The notes beneath the pieces were generated by a model that saw nothing but the letters and a program-made list of their open reading frames with translations, was not told the origin of the DNA and made no database searches. A program made the position numbers and the translations under genes. A stretch of DNA of 64,000 nt, from positions 5,580,001 to 5,644,000 of the forward strand of contig OZ218952.1 in the NCBI GenBank assembly GCA_965112735.1, given 5' to 3'. This document shows positions 49,501-61,773 of the stretch, in pieces (position 1 is the stretch's first letter; the number at the start of each line of letters is the position of its first letter). The stretch comes from Phaeosaccion multiseriatum (Eukaryota; Protista; Ochrophyta, other classes).

Positions 49501-52500
49501 CTGTGGGTGGTGTAGCCAGGGGCACCGAGGAAAGTAGGCCTGTCCCTCCCTCCCCTTGCTTTGGTGTCGTTCCTCAAACCCCCCACCTTCATTCACTGTA
49601 ACGGCCTCCCCCTCCCCCGTGCACCCCGCTGCCCTACCCGCCGCTCTGCTTTGGTCTCATCAACTTGCTCTACTTTGCTCTGTATCACCAACTTCTCTGT
49701 ACCATCAACTGCTGTGTATAGGACGCCTTCTTCCACCACTTCCACGAGGCCTGGGCCTTCTCCTTACTGCTCTGCCTGCTCACGGGCTTCCCCAAGTCCA
49801 GAGCGAGGTGGGACGACCCTCTATTTCGCATGCACCTCATTGACTTATGCTCGGAGTGGTCCACAGGTACAGATGGAAAGGGGGGATGGCAGTGGATTGG
49901 AGTATTCATTTTGTCGGTACGGTCGCCACGAACGGCCTCTGCACATCGCACATCCCGGAACGTACACCCTCCCCCCCTCAAGTCGCTGCATGCCCATATG
50001 CCCGTATGCCCGTATGTCCGTATGCCCGTATGCCTGTATGCCTGTATGCCTGTATGCCTGTATGCCTGTATGCCTGTATGCCTGTATGCCTGTATGCCTG
50101 TATGCCTGTATGCCTGTATGCCTGTATGCCTGTATGCCTGTATGCCTGTATGCCTGTATGCCTGTATGCCTGTATGCCTGTATGCCCGTATGCCTGTATG
50201 CCTGTATGCCTGTATGCCTGTATGCCTGTATGCCCTTATGCCCTTATGCCCGTATGCCTGTATGCCCGTATGCCTGTATGCCCGTATGCCCGTATGCCTG
50301 TATGCCTGTATGCCTGTATGCCTGTATGCCTGTATACCTGTATGCCCTTATGCCCGTATGCCTGTATGCCTGTATGCCTTTTATGCCCGTATGCCCGTAT
50401 GCCTGTATGCCTGTATGCCTGTATGCCTGTATGCCTGTATGCCTGTATGCCTGTATGCCTGTATGCCTGTATGCCTGTATGCCTGTATGCCTGTATGCCC
50501 GTATGCCCGTATGCCTGTATGCCTGTATGCCTGTATGCCTGTATGCCTGTATGCCTGTATGCCTGTATGCCTGTATGCCTGTATACCTGTATGCCTGTAT
50601 GCCTGTATGCCTGATGCCCTTATGCCTGTATGCCTGTATGCCCGTATGCCCTTGCGCCCGTACGTCCGTATGTCCATATGCCCATATGCGCGTGTACACA
50701 CAGGCCTCCGCTCCAGCCAACCTGTGTTCGACCACTGGATCATGTCTTTTAACAAGCGCGCGCCCACCGAGCTGGAGCTGCTAAAGTCAAAGGCATTCGG
50801 CACGGGGCTCTCGGTCACCCTCACCAAGACGATGGCAGCAAATGGGGCGGCGGGGGCGGCCCCGGGGGGCGGGGGGGCGAGGGGCGGCGCCAAGATAGCA
50901 GCAAATGGTGAGAGAGAATGAGGGCCGAGCAAGAGAGAGAATGAGGGCCGAGCAAGAGAGAGAATGAGGGGAAGAATGAGAATGAGGGGGAGAAAGAGAG
51001 AGCGAGAGCGCTATAGAAAGAAGTGGTCCCCGAGAGGACGAGGGCGCTTCCGGTGCGCGCACATGCACACCCACACCATCTGTTGTCATCCGGTTGGGTG
51101 GTCGGTGGCGGGTGTCAGCACCTGACACAAAGAGGCTTGTGTCGCTGTGGAGCGTTGTGTGTGGGGGGGGGGGGTGGAGCGGTGAGTCGCCGTCTTGTTT
51201 GAGTTCCCTCTCTGTGCGGTGGCCTCGTTTGCCGCTGTTGTGTCTTCCGACTGATTCGGTTGACTCTCTCGATATTTCCTTCTGTCCCCCTCACCCGCCC
51301 CTCTCTGCCCCCCCCTTCCCTTCTCTTGTCTACCCTGCAGGAGGGGCTCACGAGTCAGGGCATGACCAGCTCAACGGCACAAAGGGAAGAACCGCGGTGG
51401 GCGGGATGGGGGGCGGCAGGCAGGTGAGTCAAGAGGGAGGAGCGACAGGGCGACAGGGGCGACAGGAGCGAGAGGAGCGAGAGGAGCGGTCGGTCCCGTG
51501 TTCTTTCTGTGGAGTCGTCGAGAGGTGGAGGAGAAAGGAAGGCGACGTACGCGAATACTTATCGCTTTGATTCTGCCGTACACCTCACACCTCACACGTC
51601 ACACCTGATGCCATTTGGGTATGTTGGTCCCTGGCATGCCTCCTCCCTCCTCCCTCCTCCCGTTGTATCACCAACTGCCGCAGCAGCAACAACCACAGCA
51701 ACAACAACAGCAACAGCAGCAACAGCAGCAAGGAGGGGACAATCCCAACACCTCGGAGGGCTTGAGTGAGGTCTCCCGGAGCAGATTGGGGGTGCGAGAG
51801 CAGCATTTGTTCGGACACTCTCCTCTGGTGCAGCGGTATGTTGGCTAACTAGTGCTCGTCACCAGTCAGGCAGTCAGTCAGTCAGTCAGTCAGTCAGTCA
51901 GTCAGTCAGTCAGTCAATCAGTCAGTCAGTCAAGCAGGCAGGCAGGCAGGCAGTCAGTGAGGCAGTCAGTCAGTCAGTCAGTCAGTCAGTCAGTCAGTCA
52001 GTCAGGCAGGCAGACTGTCAGTCAGTAAGCTCAGTCAGTCAGTCAGTCAGTCAGTCAGTCAGTCACTCAGCCGCTCAGTCGGCCTGTTCATAGGTCGGTT
52101 TGCCGTGCTGGAAGGGGCTTGCTGGACTTGCGCAGGGGCTACCACGTGGAGCGATGTCAATCCCTCACATTTCTTCATTGGCTTACATGCCGTACGGGCA
52201 TTTGATCATATTGACATAGACGGGGACGTACACTCACCGACCATCATCCATTGACTTACTTCCAACAGGTATCTGGAGGAGCGGCGGTTGGCGGACATGC
52301 CCACCACTGCCGTGAAGCTCTCCTTCACCTCCAACGCTCTACGCTGCTCCAGACCCTTCCAGCAGAGCGCTGACCACTTCCTCGCTGCGGTTTTCGGGTA
52401 GGTGGAGGGGGAGAAGATGAAGGAAGGAGGGAGGATGGCGGGTGGGAAGGGTACCAGGCGGGGCGGAGGCAGAGGAGGAGCAGGGGGGGGGGGAGAGGGT

Positions 52501-53952
52501 TTCGGAGGCAGAGGAGGAGGAGGGGGGGGGGGAGAGGGTTTCCGAGTGGTGGAGGAGGAGGAGGAGGAGGAGGAGCGCCGCGCTGCTGGATCTGATCTCT
52601 CTCACGCGTACGCCCACTCCTTGTGCTGCCATCGCGGCTAACGGACTGACTGACTGACTGACTGACTGACTGGCTGGTGCTCAGACTGACTGATTGACTG
52701 ACTGACTGACTGTCTGGTGCTCTGCCCTGCCCTGCTCTGCTTTGCTCTGCTCTGCCCTCTCAGGGAAGCTAAGGCTAAGGCAAAGGCGAAGGCTAAGGCC
52801 AAGGCAAGCAGCGCAGGAGAAGGAGGAAGAGACAATGGGCCACGCCCCGGTATCGGCAGTTCAGGCATGCGCGGGTGGAGAGCGGATGCGGCCATCGGGA
52901 GGGAGAAGGCGAGGCCAAAGACAACGGCGGTACGTACAATGGATGGATAGAAATCAATGGATGGCAGTCGATGGGTACAAATCAATGGATGGCAGTCGAT
53001 GGATCGATATCAATGGATGGCAGTTGATGAACCGAAATCGATGGATGGATGGATGGATGGATGGATGGATGGATGGATGGATGGATGGATGGATGGATGG
53101 ATGGATGGATGGATGGATGGATGGATGGATGGATGGATGGATGGATGGCAGTCGCTGGCAGGCACCGTACCTAGGAGTCAAGAGGAGCTAAAAGGAGTCA
53201 AAAGGCAGAGGGGCTGGGTTTGGGTTGGTTGGGAGCGAGCTCGGCGATTAGAGGGGGAGGATGCGCCGTCATATCAGTTTCAGTTTCGTGTGGGGTAGGG
53301 AAGTTCCCCGCAATTCTTCCCATCCACTGCCATCCGCCTTCTTGGGTGGGGTAGGGCAGTCCTTCTCACGCCTCTGTCGGGGCATGCACACGCGCGTGCC
53401 CCTACTAATTGGCATCATCCATACGCCTGCCTCCTGCCCATCCACTGCCATCCCACCCCCCTCGCAGGTGCTGCGGGAGGCACGAGTGCGGCGTAAAGAC
53501 ATCCTGGCCAAACACATGCAGGTGAGTGAGTGAGTGAGTGAGTGAGTGAGCTCACGTACACACACACGCCCATATTCAATTCATTCGAGCGTCACACCAC
53601 GCTATCTATATCTAGCACACAGATTCAACGCCATCCGAGTTGTCCTTCCCTTCCCTTCCTTCCCCTTCCCTTCCCTTCCACTCTCCTTCCCTTCCCCTTC
53701 CTATCTCCTCCCCTCCCCACCCATCAACCCCTCCCGTTCTCTCTCTCTCTCTCTGTGTGTCTCTCTCTCCCCCTCCCTCCCGCCCTCCCTCCCTCTCTCC
53801 CCCTCCCTCCCTCCCTCCCTCCCTCTCTCTCACTTTCTCTCTCACTCTCTCTCTCACTCTCTCCCTCCCTCCCTCCCTCCCTCTCCCTCTCTCCCCGTCT
53901 CTCCCTCCCTCTCCCTGTCTCTCTCCCCCTCTCCCCCCCCCGTCTCTCTCCC

Positions 53953-54021
<69 letters not shown>

Positions 54022-54470
54022 ATCGACGACAGGAAAACTCGGAGATGCACCGAGAGATCTCTGAGCTTCGAAAGTCGTGCTCCGGAGACTTGGAAGTGAT
54101 TCGCCACAAAAAGGAGGTCATCCTTGGCTCGGGGGACGTGCACGAGTACTCCAATCACCTCATGGGGCAAATACACAAGGTGAGTCAGGTGGGGCACGCG
54201 CGCACGTACGCACACACACACACGCACGTATACGTGTGCACGTACTCACATGCTCACTCACTCACTCACGCACGCACGCACGCACACATACACACATGCA
54301 CATACACGCGCACACACATTAAAGTCAGGCGCCAGTTTCCCTCGGGCCATGTGCTCAGTCTTTCCTTTGGGCCATTTCGTCTGATTTCCTGGCTCGATAC
54401 TATTGTTCATTGATTCATGTCTGTCCATGACTACCCTCGCTCCCTCACCCCTCCCTCCGTCCCGCACCCA

Positions 54471-54506
<36 letters not shown>

Positions 54507-54620
54507 CGTACGCACACGCAGGTGGGCAAGAAGCACCGCTCGACCCGGGGGGGCGAGCGCTCACACGTAGTTGCACGTGGAGGTAACGCCAGCGCCGCGG
54601 CGGCAGAGGCAGCGGCATAG
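46508..54620 (+). CDS. FAM227: FAM227 family (FWWh domain) protein, multi-exon
   Basis: Spliced [12 protein letters not shown]...[20 protein letters not shown]|[49 protein letters not shown]|[11 protein letters not shown] and FGHSPLVQR|YL follow the FAM227 pattern (DSFWW...Y..LF...KDAFF...FP.S...W..G...HW; G.SPL...YL). Exons start at 46508, 47074, 47629, 48989, 49722, 50704, 51341, ~51683, 52270, ~52763, 53468, 54033, 54522. Confidence 0.85.
47521..47625. repeat. Perfect 35-bp tandem repeat x3 abutting a 3' splice site
   Basis: tcgaatgaatgtccccaatcaatggcgactcccct x3, then tag|GTG. Confidence 0.97.
47713..48484. repeat. ~770-bp (GGGAGA)n polypurine tract in intron
   Basis: Direct observation. 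Confidence 0.98.
49990..50690. repeat. ~700-bp (TATGCCTG)n octamer satellite in intron
   Basis: Direct observation; variants TATGCCCG and TATGCCCT. Confidence 0.98.
52938..53152. repeat. GGATGGCAGTCGATGG-like units followed by (TGGA)n
   Basis: Direct observation. Confidence 0.9.
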
Positions 54621-54795
54621 GCAGATAGAGACATCCACCCGCCCAATCAGACACGTCGGGACACTACTCTTTGGACAAGACACTCATATTGTATTGAGGA
54701 TATTATGACCATATATATTCTAGAAAGATGGCGCTTGTATTGTAAACACGACAGGGAAATCTTGCGTCGACGAATTTACACATCATCCTCATCCC

Positions 54796-54897
54796 TCAAC
54801 CCCCTTCTCCACCCCCGAGACTGCTACTGTTTGTCTGTTGGCAAGGCAAGCACGAACTCCTACCACGACGTGTACCGCCACAATGCTACTACTACTT

Positions 54898-54930
<33 letters not shown>

Positions 54931-55641
54931 GTAGCACTAGTACGTTGGTAGTCTATTGGTAGGGGCCTGTGAGGCCCAACGTAGACCGAATCCCCTCCGT
55001 CGGCAACATGACCAGCCCTCCCCCTCCCCATCCACTGCCACCCCCCACCCCGCCATCAAGCCCCTGGCCCAACCCCCCCGCTCCCTGTGGGTGATCCGCT
55101 CCCTCCTCCTGCCCGCCCACCCCCAGGCCGAGGCCGACGCCCACCCCCACGGGCAAGAGGCTGACTTTGGTCATTCGGTGCTCCACCACTCGCAGGAATT
55201 GCGTGCTCTCAACGAAGCAGCTCTTGGTCAGAGCGAGCTCATCCTCAAGCTCTCGAAGCTCGATGGAGAGCAGGAAGGCAGGATCTGTCACCGGGGAAAC
55301 CGACACCGCCGCCGCCGCCGCCGCCGCCACGTTTGGCGGGGGGTTCGCGTGAATGTGTGGCTGCGCGTGCGAGTGAGACTGCTGCTGCGATAGGCTCTGG
55401 CCTTGCTGGGCGGCGTGCGGCGGGTGCTGTAGCACCAACGGCTGTGGTTGCTGCTGCTGCTGGCGCTGCTGCATCCCATCTTCACCTCTCATTCCCCGAG
55501 GCAGCGCCGCCCCTCTGTCCCTGTCTGGCCGGCCGTCCCTCTCTCTCTGATCGAAATCCCTGCTGCCGCCAGCCCTCCCTTCTCGCCACGCTCTGCTGTC
55601 CACCCTTTCCCTGTCTTCCCACGGCTGTTTATGCTGCTGGC

Positions 55642-55681
<40 letters not shown>

Positions 55682-58600
55682 ATGCTGCTGCTGACCTTGC
55701 TGTTGGCTCTGCTGCTGACCCTGCTGCGGCTGCTGCTGCTGCTGTGGTTGCTGCGGTCCGAACTTGTGCCCTGGCGCCGGTGACGAGTGGCGTGGCGGGG
55801 CTCCTCCCCCTAACCCTCCCCCTCCTCCCCTCCCCTCTCCGCTCCGCTCGCGAAGGCGTTCCAAGTGGCCTCGCTGCTGCTGCTGTACTACCAACTGTTG
55901 CTCTTGCGGTGAGTGCATGTGTGGGTGGCTGTGCGACCTCTCGTGGCGGCCGCCCCCCCCTCGCTCAGCTGTGCCCCATCCACTGCCATCCCCTCCCGAC
56001 TGGCGACCAGCCTCTCCGCCCCCCCCAGCCTGTGCACCTCCTCCTCCTCCTCCTCCTCCTCCTCCTCCTCGACCAAGCAGCACCTCTCTTTGAAGGCTTC
56101 CCCTCCCTGCACCGCCAGTCGGCGTGCCCCCCGTTGCCCCGCCTGGGGAAGATTGCCGGTAATTGGGGTATCCCTGCTGGCTCAGTCGCTCCTGGCTGCC
56201 CCCCGCCTTTTGCTGCTGGCGGAGTCTATGAGTAACATGGTGCTCGGGCAGTGCCGAAGCTTGGCCTAAATCCTTGGCCGAAGGCACTCCTCCTCCTCCC
56301 CCTCCTCCTCCTCCTCCTCCTTCTCCTCCTCCTCCTCCTCCTCGCTCCCCTCTCCCGTCTCGCTCGTCCCGCGGCGCAAAGCGACTCAACGTGTTGGTGC
56401 TGCTGCCCATCGCCTCCCCGCCTCTATCCCCAACCACGCTTTCTCCACCTTGCCCTTGCCCCCTTCGGTCAAAGCTGCCACCACCGAAGTCGGAGCCAAG
56501 TCCTCTCCTCTCTCCGCTCTGAAACGGCAGCCTCTCCCTCTCTCTGTCTCTTTCTCGTTCTCTCTCTGGCACCCTCGCTCTGTCCCTGTCCCTGCCGTAA
56601 GCAACTTCCCTCTCCCTCTCTCCTTGAAGAGTGGCGGTATCCCTGTATCTTCCTCCCTCCATGGACTCTCCTTCTTCTCTCCCTCTTGCCCCTCCTCCGC
56701 CTCCTCCTCCTCCTCCTCCTCCAAACGAACCTGGTGAGGAGCGTCGATCACGCTGCTGCTCCGGGGAAAATTCACCGTGTTGCTGCGGTAGCCTCGCACG
56801 CTCGTCTTCTCTCAGCACGGGGCCGCCCAACCCCGCTCTCTCTCGCCCTCCATCTCGCTCTCTCTCCCGGCCCCCTCCTCCCGCCAGTCTCTCCCGTTCT
56901 CGATCTCGCCCGTAGCGGAAGCCTCCACCTTCGGAGCCATCGCAGCGCTGCTCGCCCGCTCCGTCCCACATCCTGTCGTCTCTACCATCGCCCCTATTGT
57001 CGTCTCTTTCCCTTTGCTTCGCCTCCATGCCGCCTCCCCCCTCACCGCGAAAGCCCCTCCCCTCCCTCCCTCCGCCCCTCTCTCTGCTGTCTCTGCCCCA
57101 CTCTCGCTCTCTCTCCGGCGACCCTAGCCCAACGCCTCCTCTAAATCCTGCCCCCGCCCCCGCCCCCGCCGCCGCCCGAGGGCCGAAGCCGAAGCCCCTT
57201 TCTCTCTCTCTCTCCCGAGGATCACTAATCGCCGCACCAACAGTGCCGCCTCCTTGCCCCCTCCCTTCTCCCCCCCAAGCTTCGCCCCTCTCTCCCCTCT
57301 CGCCCCTGCTGTCCCTGTCCCTCTGCGGCTGCTGCCCTGCGGACGAAGACGAGGTAGCGGCACTGGCATTCCCAGCCCCGAAAGAGGGCTGATCCCTCGG
57401 AGACGACGGGGGCCTCGAAGCAGGAGCACCCCCTCCTCCCTGCCCACCAAACTCGGCAGTGGGAAGGCGTGGGTTATCACCCCACCTAGACCCCCCCATC
57501 GGGCGCCGATGTCCTCCTTTGGCTCCAGCTTCAGAGGCCCCGCCCATCGCCCCCTGCCCCCCCTGCCTTCTGCCATCCACGAGCCCTTTCTCCCCGCCGT
57601 CCCTGCCCGCCCCTCCCGGTGATTGTTCGGCGACCGTCGCGGCCCTTCTGTTGCTTCCCTCTCCTGGCGAGGCTTGGGGAGGGCCTCGCTCCAGGTGGGA
57701 AGACAGAGAATCTCTACCAGACCCTATCTCTTGTGCCCCCGCTGTGGCCACCACTCCTCTCTCCACCGCCGTGTCGGACCTTGCCGGGCCTGCAGTGGCT
57801 GCGTCTTTGGTGGGCAGCGATGTGGGCTCTCCTGTCCCACCTCCACCGCCAAAAGAAGTCCCAGCAGGACCGGGAGAAGCTGAACCTGTCATGACAGTCG
57901 CCGCTGAAGCACCGCCACCAGAAACCGCCGCCCCTACGCCTGCAATGAGAGTGAACAAAACAAGAAAGACAATGTAAGAGGAGGGGTGGGGTGAGGACGA
58001 TCTTGAGTCCTTGGGAAAACAGCGAGTCGCCCACCGCACATGCATCGCAATCCTGTGTGCTCAAGCCAAGGCCCCCCGCCCTCACCCTCTCGCCCTCTCT
58101 CTGTGTGTACCTACCCTACCTGGCTCCTCGCCCTCTCTCTCTGTGTACCTACCCTACCTGGCTCCTCGCCCTCTCTCTGTGTGTACCTACCCTACCTGGC
58201 TCCTCGCCCTCTCTCTCTGTGTACCTACACTACCTGGCTCCTCGCCCTCTCTCTCTGTGTTCCTACCCTACCTGGCTCCTCGCCCTCTCTCTCTGTGTAC
58301 CTACCCTACCTGGCTCCTCGCCCTCTCTCTGTGTGTACCTACCCTACCTGGCTCCTCGCCCTCTCTCTCTGTGTACCTACCCTACCTGGCTCCTCGCCCT
58401 CTCTCTCTGTGTACCTACCCTACCTGGCTCCTCACCTGTCTCTCCCCTTGCCCGCCCCGCTGCAGAGCTCGGAGAGTCGTCCGCTCTGCGTGGCTTCTTG
58501 CTCACCCCGCCCCCTCCTCCCGAGTGCTGTCCCTCCCCCCCTCCCGCCTCCCCCGCCTGCAATGGCCGCTTGCTGCCTCCCTCACGAAGGCCTTCCTCAC

Positions 58601-61244
58601 TGCGTCCACGCTGCTGCTGTATCACCAACGGCTGCTGCTGCTGCTGAAGGTGCGGTCTCCCGAATGCGTCATCCCCTCCCCCATCTCCTCTGCTGAGGCT
58701 ACCCCTTCCTCCCCTCGACAGCGCATCTCCCCCCCCGGCGCCTCCTCTTGACAGAGGATGGAGCGCTCTGTTGAAGCTCTTGTCCCTCTCATCTCCTCCT
58801 CCTCTCTCTCCGCTCCTGTCTCTGTCTCGTCCCATCAGATAGGCATCGCGTTCGCTGCCTCTGCCTCTGTCTCTGCCTCTGTCTGATCCGAACTCGCCCA
58901 CCACGTCTCTCTCCCTCTCCCTGCTATCCCGCTCCCGGCTGTCCCTTCCTTGACTTATTCTGCCAGCTCCGAAGGACGCTCTGTCTCGCTCTCTGGTGTC
59001 TCTACTGTCATGCCTCGCCGCTCCTCTCCCGTCCCCCCTCCCATCTGCCAGCAGGTCCTCTCCTCGTTCTCTCTCTCGGAACCCCGCCGACACTCCTCCT
59101 CTCCCGATCAACTCCTCCCGGACGCCCACATCTGCCTCTCTCTCCCTCTCCCCCCTTGTGTCCTTGTATCTCGCCCCGCCGGCCCTCCCAGCATCCCCGG
59201 GGGGGAAGGTACCCAACCTGCTCCCCCAAGGGTCGGCCTGATCTGAGGCAATGCGGGGCCCTCGGGATGTTGTGGGCATGGCGCGAGAGTGGGCGTTTCC
59301 CCTGTCAGACAGGAAGTGTCTATCTCTCTCTCTCTCCCTCTCTCGACTCCCCAGTACATCGCGCTCCCCCACGCCCCTCTCTCTTCTCATATCCCCATCT
59401 CTACCGAACCCCACGTTGCCCCCCCCTCCTCCCCCTCGTTGTTCTCCTCCAACGCCCCTCTCTCCCCCGCCTCGCTCGCTGCCGCCACGATCACTGCCAG
59501 CGTCCTTCTCCCTCCCGAACGCAGCGAATGACCCAAAGCCCACCCCTCCGAACATGTGCGCCTGCCGCTCTCGCTCATCCCTCTCGTGGTCTCTGCCCTT
59601 TGCAGGTTGCTGCTGCAGATGCCTATGCCTCGGTGACACAAAACCGTGTCGCTGGACCCTCCCAAACTCATCTCCGCCATCCACTCCCATTCCCCCAAAG
59701 TCGTCTCTGTTCGCCTCGAAGCGTCGCTCTCTGTCCCTGTCCCCCCCCCTCTCTCTGTCCCTGTCCCTCTCTCGGTCCCTCTCTCGGTCCCTCTCTCGGT
59801 CCCTGTCAATGTCTCTGTCCGCTCTCCCCATGTCTCTGCCATCTTCCCTGCCCATGTGCCTGCTGTACCCTTGCCCTTGCGGCGGCGACACCCCCACTCC
59901 AACCCCTTTCCCTCCTCTGTGAAAGTCTCTCTCCCTCTCCCTCTCCCTACCTCGAGGGTGCGCGTCTCCTACGGGTGGTCCTGGGCCGTCCAGCCGACCC
60001 CCTCCAAACTCAAACTCACCCCCTCCTCCTCCTCCTCCTCCTCCTCTCTCGTTACGTCCTCCTCTTACGAGAGAGGCATAGTCCTTCCCTCTTCTGCCAC
60101 CCGAGAAGCCCCCTCTGGACATATCCCCTCCCCCATGCCCAGCAGCCTTGTACCCTCCTCCTCCACCCCCCTGCGGAAAGGCTCCCCCTGACTCAGGAGG
60201 CCCGGCGGGTCCTCCAGTGTGTGGCGCTCCGAAGGCACCAGAAGTGCCGAAGCTTCCCCCGCCCCCACCACTCCCGGGGGAAGATAGAGCGGCCATTCGG
60301 TGATACTGTCCCTGCCCCTGCCCTTGCCCTTGCTGCTGAGGGGGCATCCTGCCGCCACCGCTGCTGCCGCCCGGTCCGGCTCCCAAACCCCCCGGGCCAC
60401 CCATCCCCCCCCCAAGGGGCCTCTCTCTTCCTCTTAGCCTCGCCCCACTGTCCGACGGATGGCCGAGACCCCGGCCCATTCCCGCATAGCCCTCGGGACC
60501 TCCCCCTCTCGCTCCTCCTCCTCCTCCACCACCACCACCACCACCTCCTCCGCCTCCCGCCCCCTCTCCTCGACCTCCTCCTCCTCTGCCGCCGCCGCCA
60601 CCACCGCGTGCCCATGGAGACCTGCTTCTCGACCTGGTGCTCCGAGAACGTCCGCGGTAACTGTTGGGGGGGGGGGAGACGAAGGGTGTGGCAGGGTGGT
60701 TGATGGCAGTGATGGCAGTGATGGCGGCCGAGATTAGAGAGCGCATAGAGAGGCAGGCCAGGATACCACCTTGGGGGGTGAGTAGCCTCGGTGGCGCATC
60801 AGACGCAAAGAAAGGCCCCAGAAAGGAAGGCTCCAGTACGTGTTGCGGTAGAGATGCATGGCAATGCCAATGGTTCTCTCTCTCCCTCCCTGTTCGATTG
60901 AGCGCCCCCCTGTTCGCACCACCCCTTCCCCAGGACGGAAGTGAGAGCCTACGAGAGGGCCTGCCTTCTATGATGTAGGGCACGATGAGTGGACGAGGCT
61001 CTATCTCTCTCTCTCTTTTAGTTTACCTGCGGCTCCTCTTTCCACTGCTACGGCTGTCGCTGCTGCTGCCGCTCCCGCTCCGGCTGCTGCTACTGCCGCT
61101 CCCGCTCCGGCTACTACTGCTGCTGGAGCTCCCGCTCCCGCTCCGGCTACTGCTACTGCTGCTCCGACTGCTGCGGCGTCTCCGAGAGCTTCGACTGCGT
61201 GAATGGTAACTGCGGCGGTCACTGGAGAGGCGGAGGGAGTCCAC
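54796..61244 (-). CDS. Large intrinsically disordered RS/RG/RE/RD- and Q-rich protein with short C-terminal predicted coiled coil (~1750 aa); function unknown
   Basis: Exons 61244-~61027 (RS-rich), 60660-58436 and 57939-55166 lie within the 868- and 1030-aa ORFs with phase-compatible GT-AG sites. C-terminal LSIELRELEDELALTKSCFVESTQFLRVVEHRMTK. Last exon (~54834-54796) is uncertain. Confidence 0.7.
58089..58433. repeat. 38-bp minisatellite x9 beginning at an intron donor
   Basis: ctggctcctcgccctctctctctgtgtacctaccctac; period 38 (58120, 58158 ... 58424). Confidence 0.97.
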
Positions 61245-61773
61245 GGGGAGGGGTGAGGGAAGGTGGGGAGGGGTGAGGGAAGAGCAGCGGTTCCAGCACC
61301 AAGCTTAACGACTAAGAGTATGGGGAATGGGCAGTGAGGAGGGAGGACTCCACCAGAGTCCATCTTCCCCCGCTACCCCACCCGTTAGACCACAAGCAAC
61401 CACAGCGCAGAGAGAGAATCCGGGCAAGCACGCAGCTGCAGCAACACTAACACCAGCACCAGAAGCGGCTCAGAACCTCTCTCCTGCCTCCTCCGTGCTG
61501 CTGCTGCTCCGCCTGGTAACCTCTTTGCCCGCCACTCGGTGAAGATTGAAATTCTCTCTCGATGCGTACCTTGCTTGCGTGGGCGCCGCGAGAGAGCTGT
61601 ATCCCCCAATGGGCCGATGGCGCGGACCACCCCCGCCCATCCCACCCCCCCCGTTGTTATAGGGGCCCGACATAGAAGGCCCACGAGCCCGGTGAGAGAG
61701 AGGTGAAGTGAGGAGGGAGGATCGTCGTGCTTAGGCCTGGGCCAAGATACGGCTTGAGGGGGGAGGGGGGGAA

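Noticed and set aside
49990-50690. Interstitial telomere
   Set aside because: The unit does not resemble TTAGGG or TTTAGGG-type repeats.
47539-50921. Long ORFs in all frames (ER/GR/PS and MPVCLYAC repeats)
   Set aside because: They are translations of stop-free intronic satellites.
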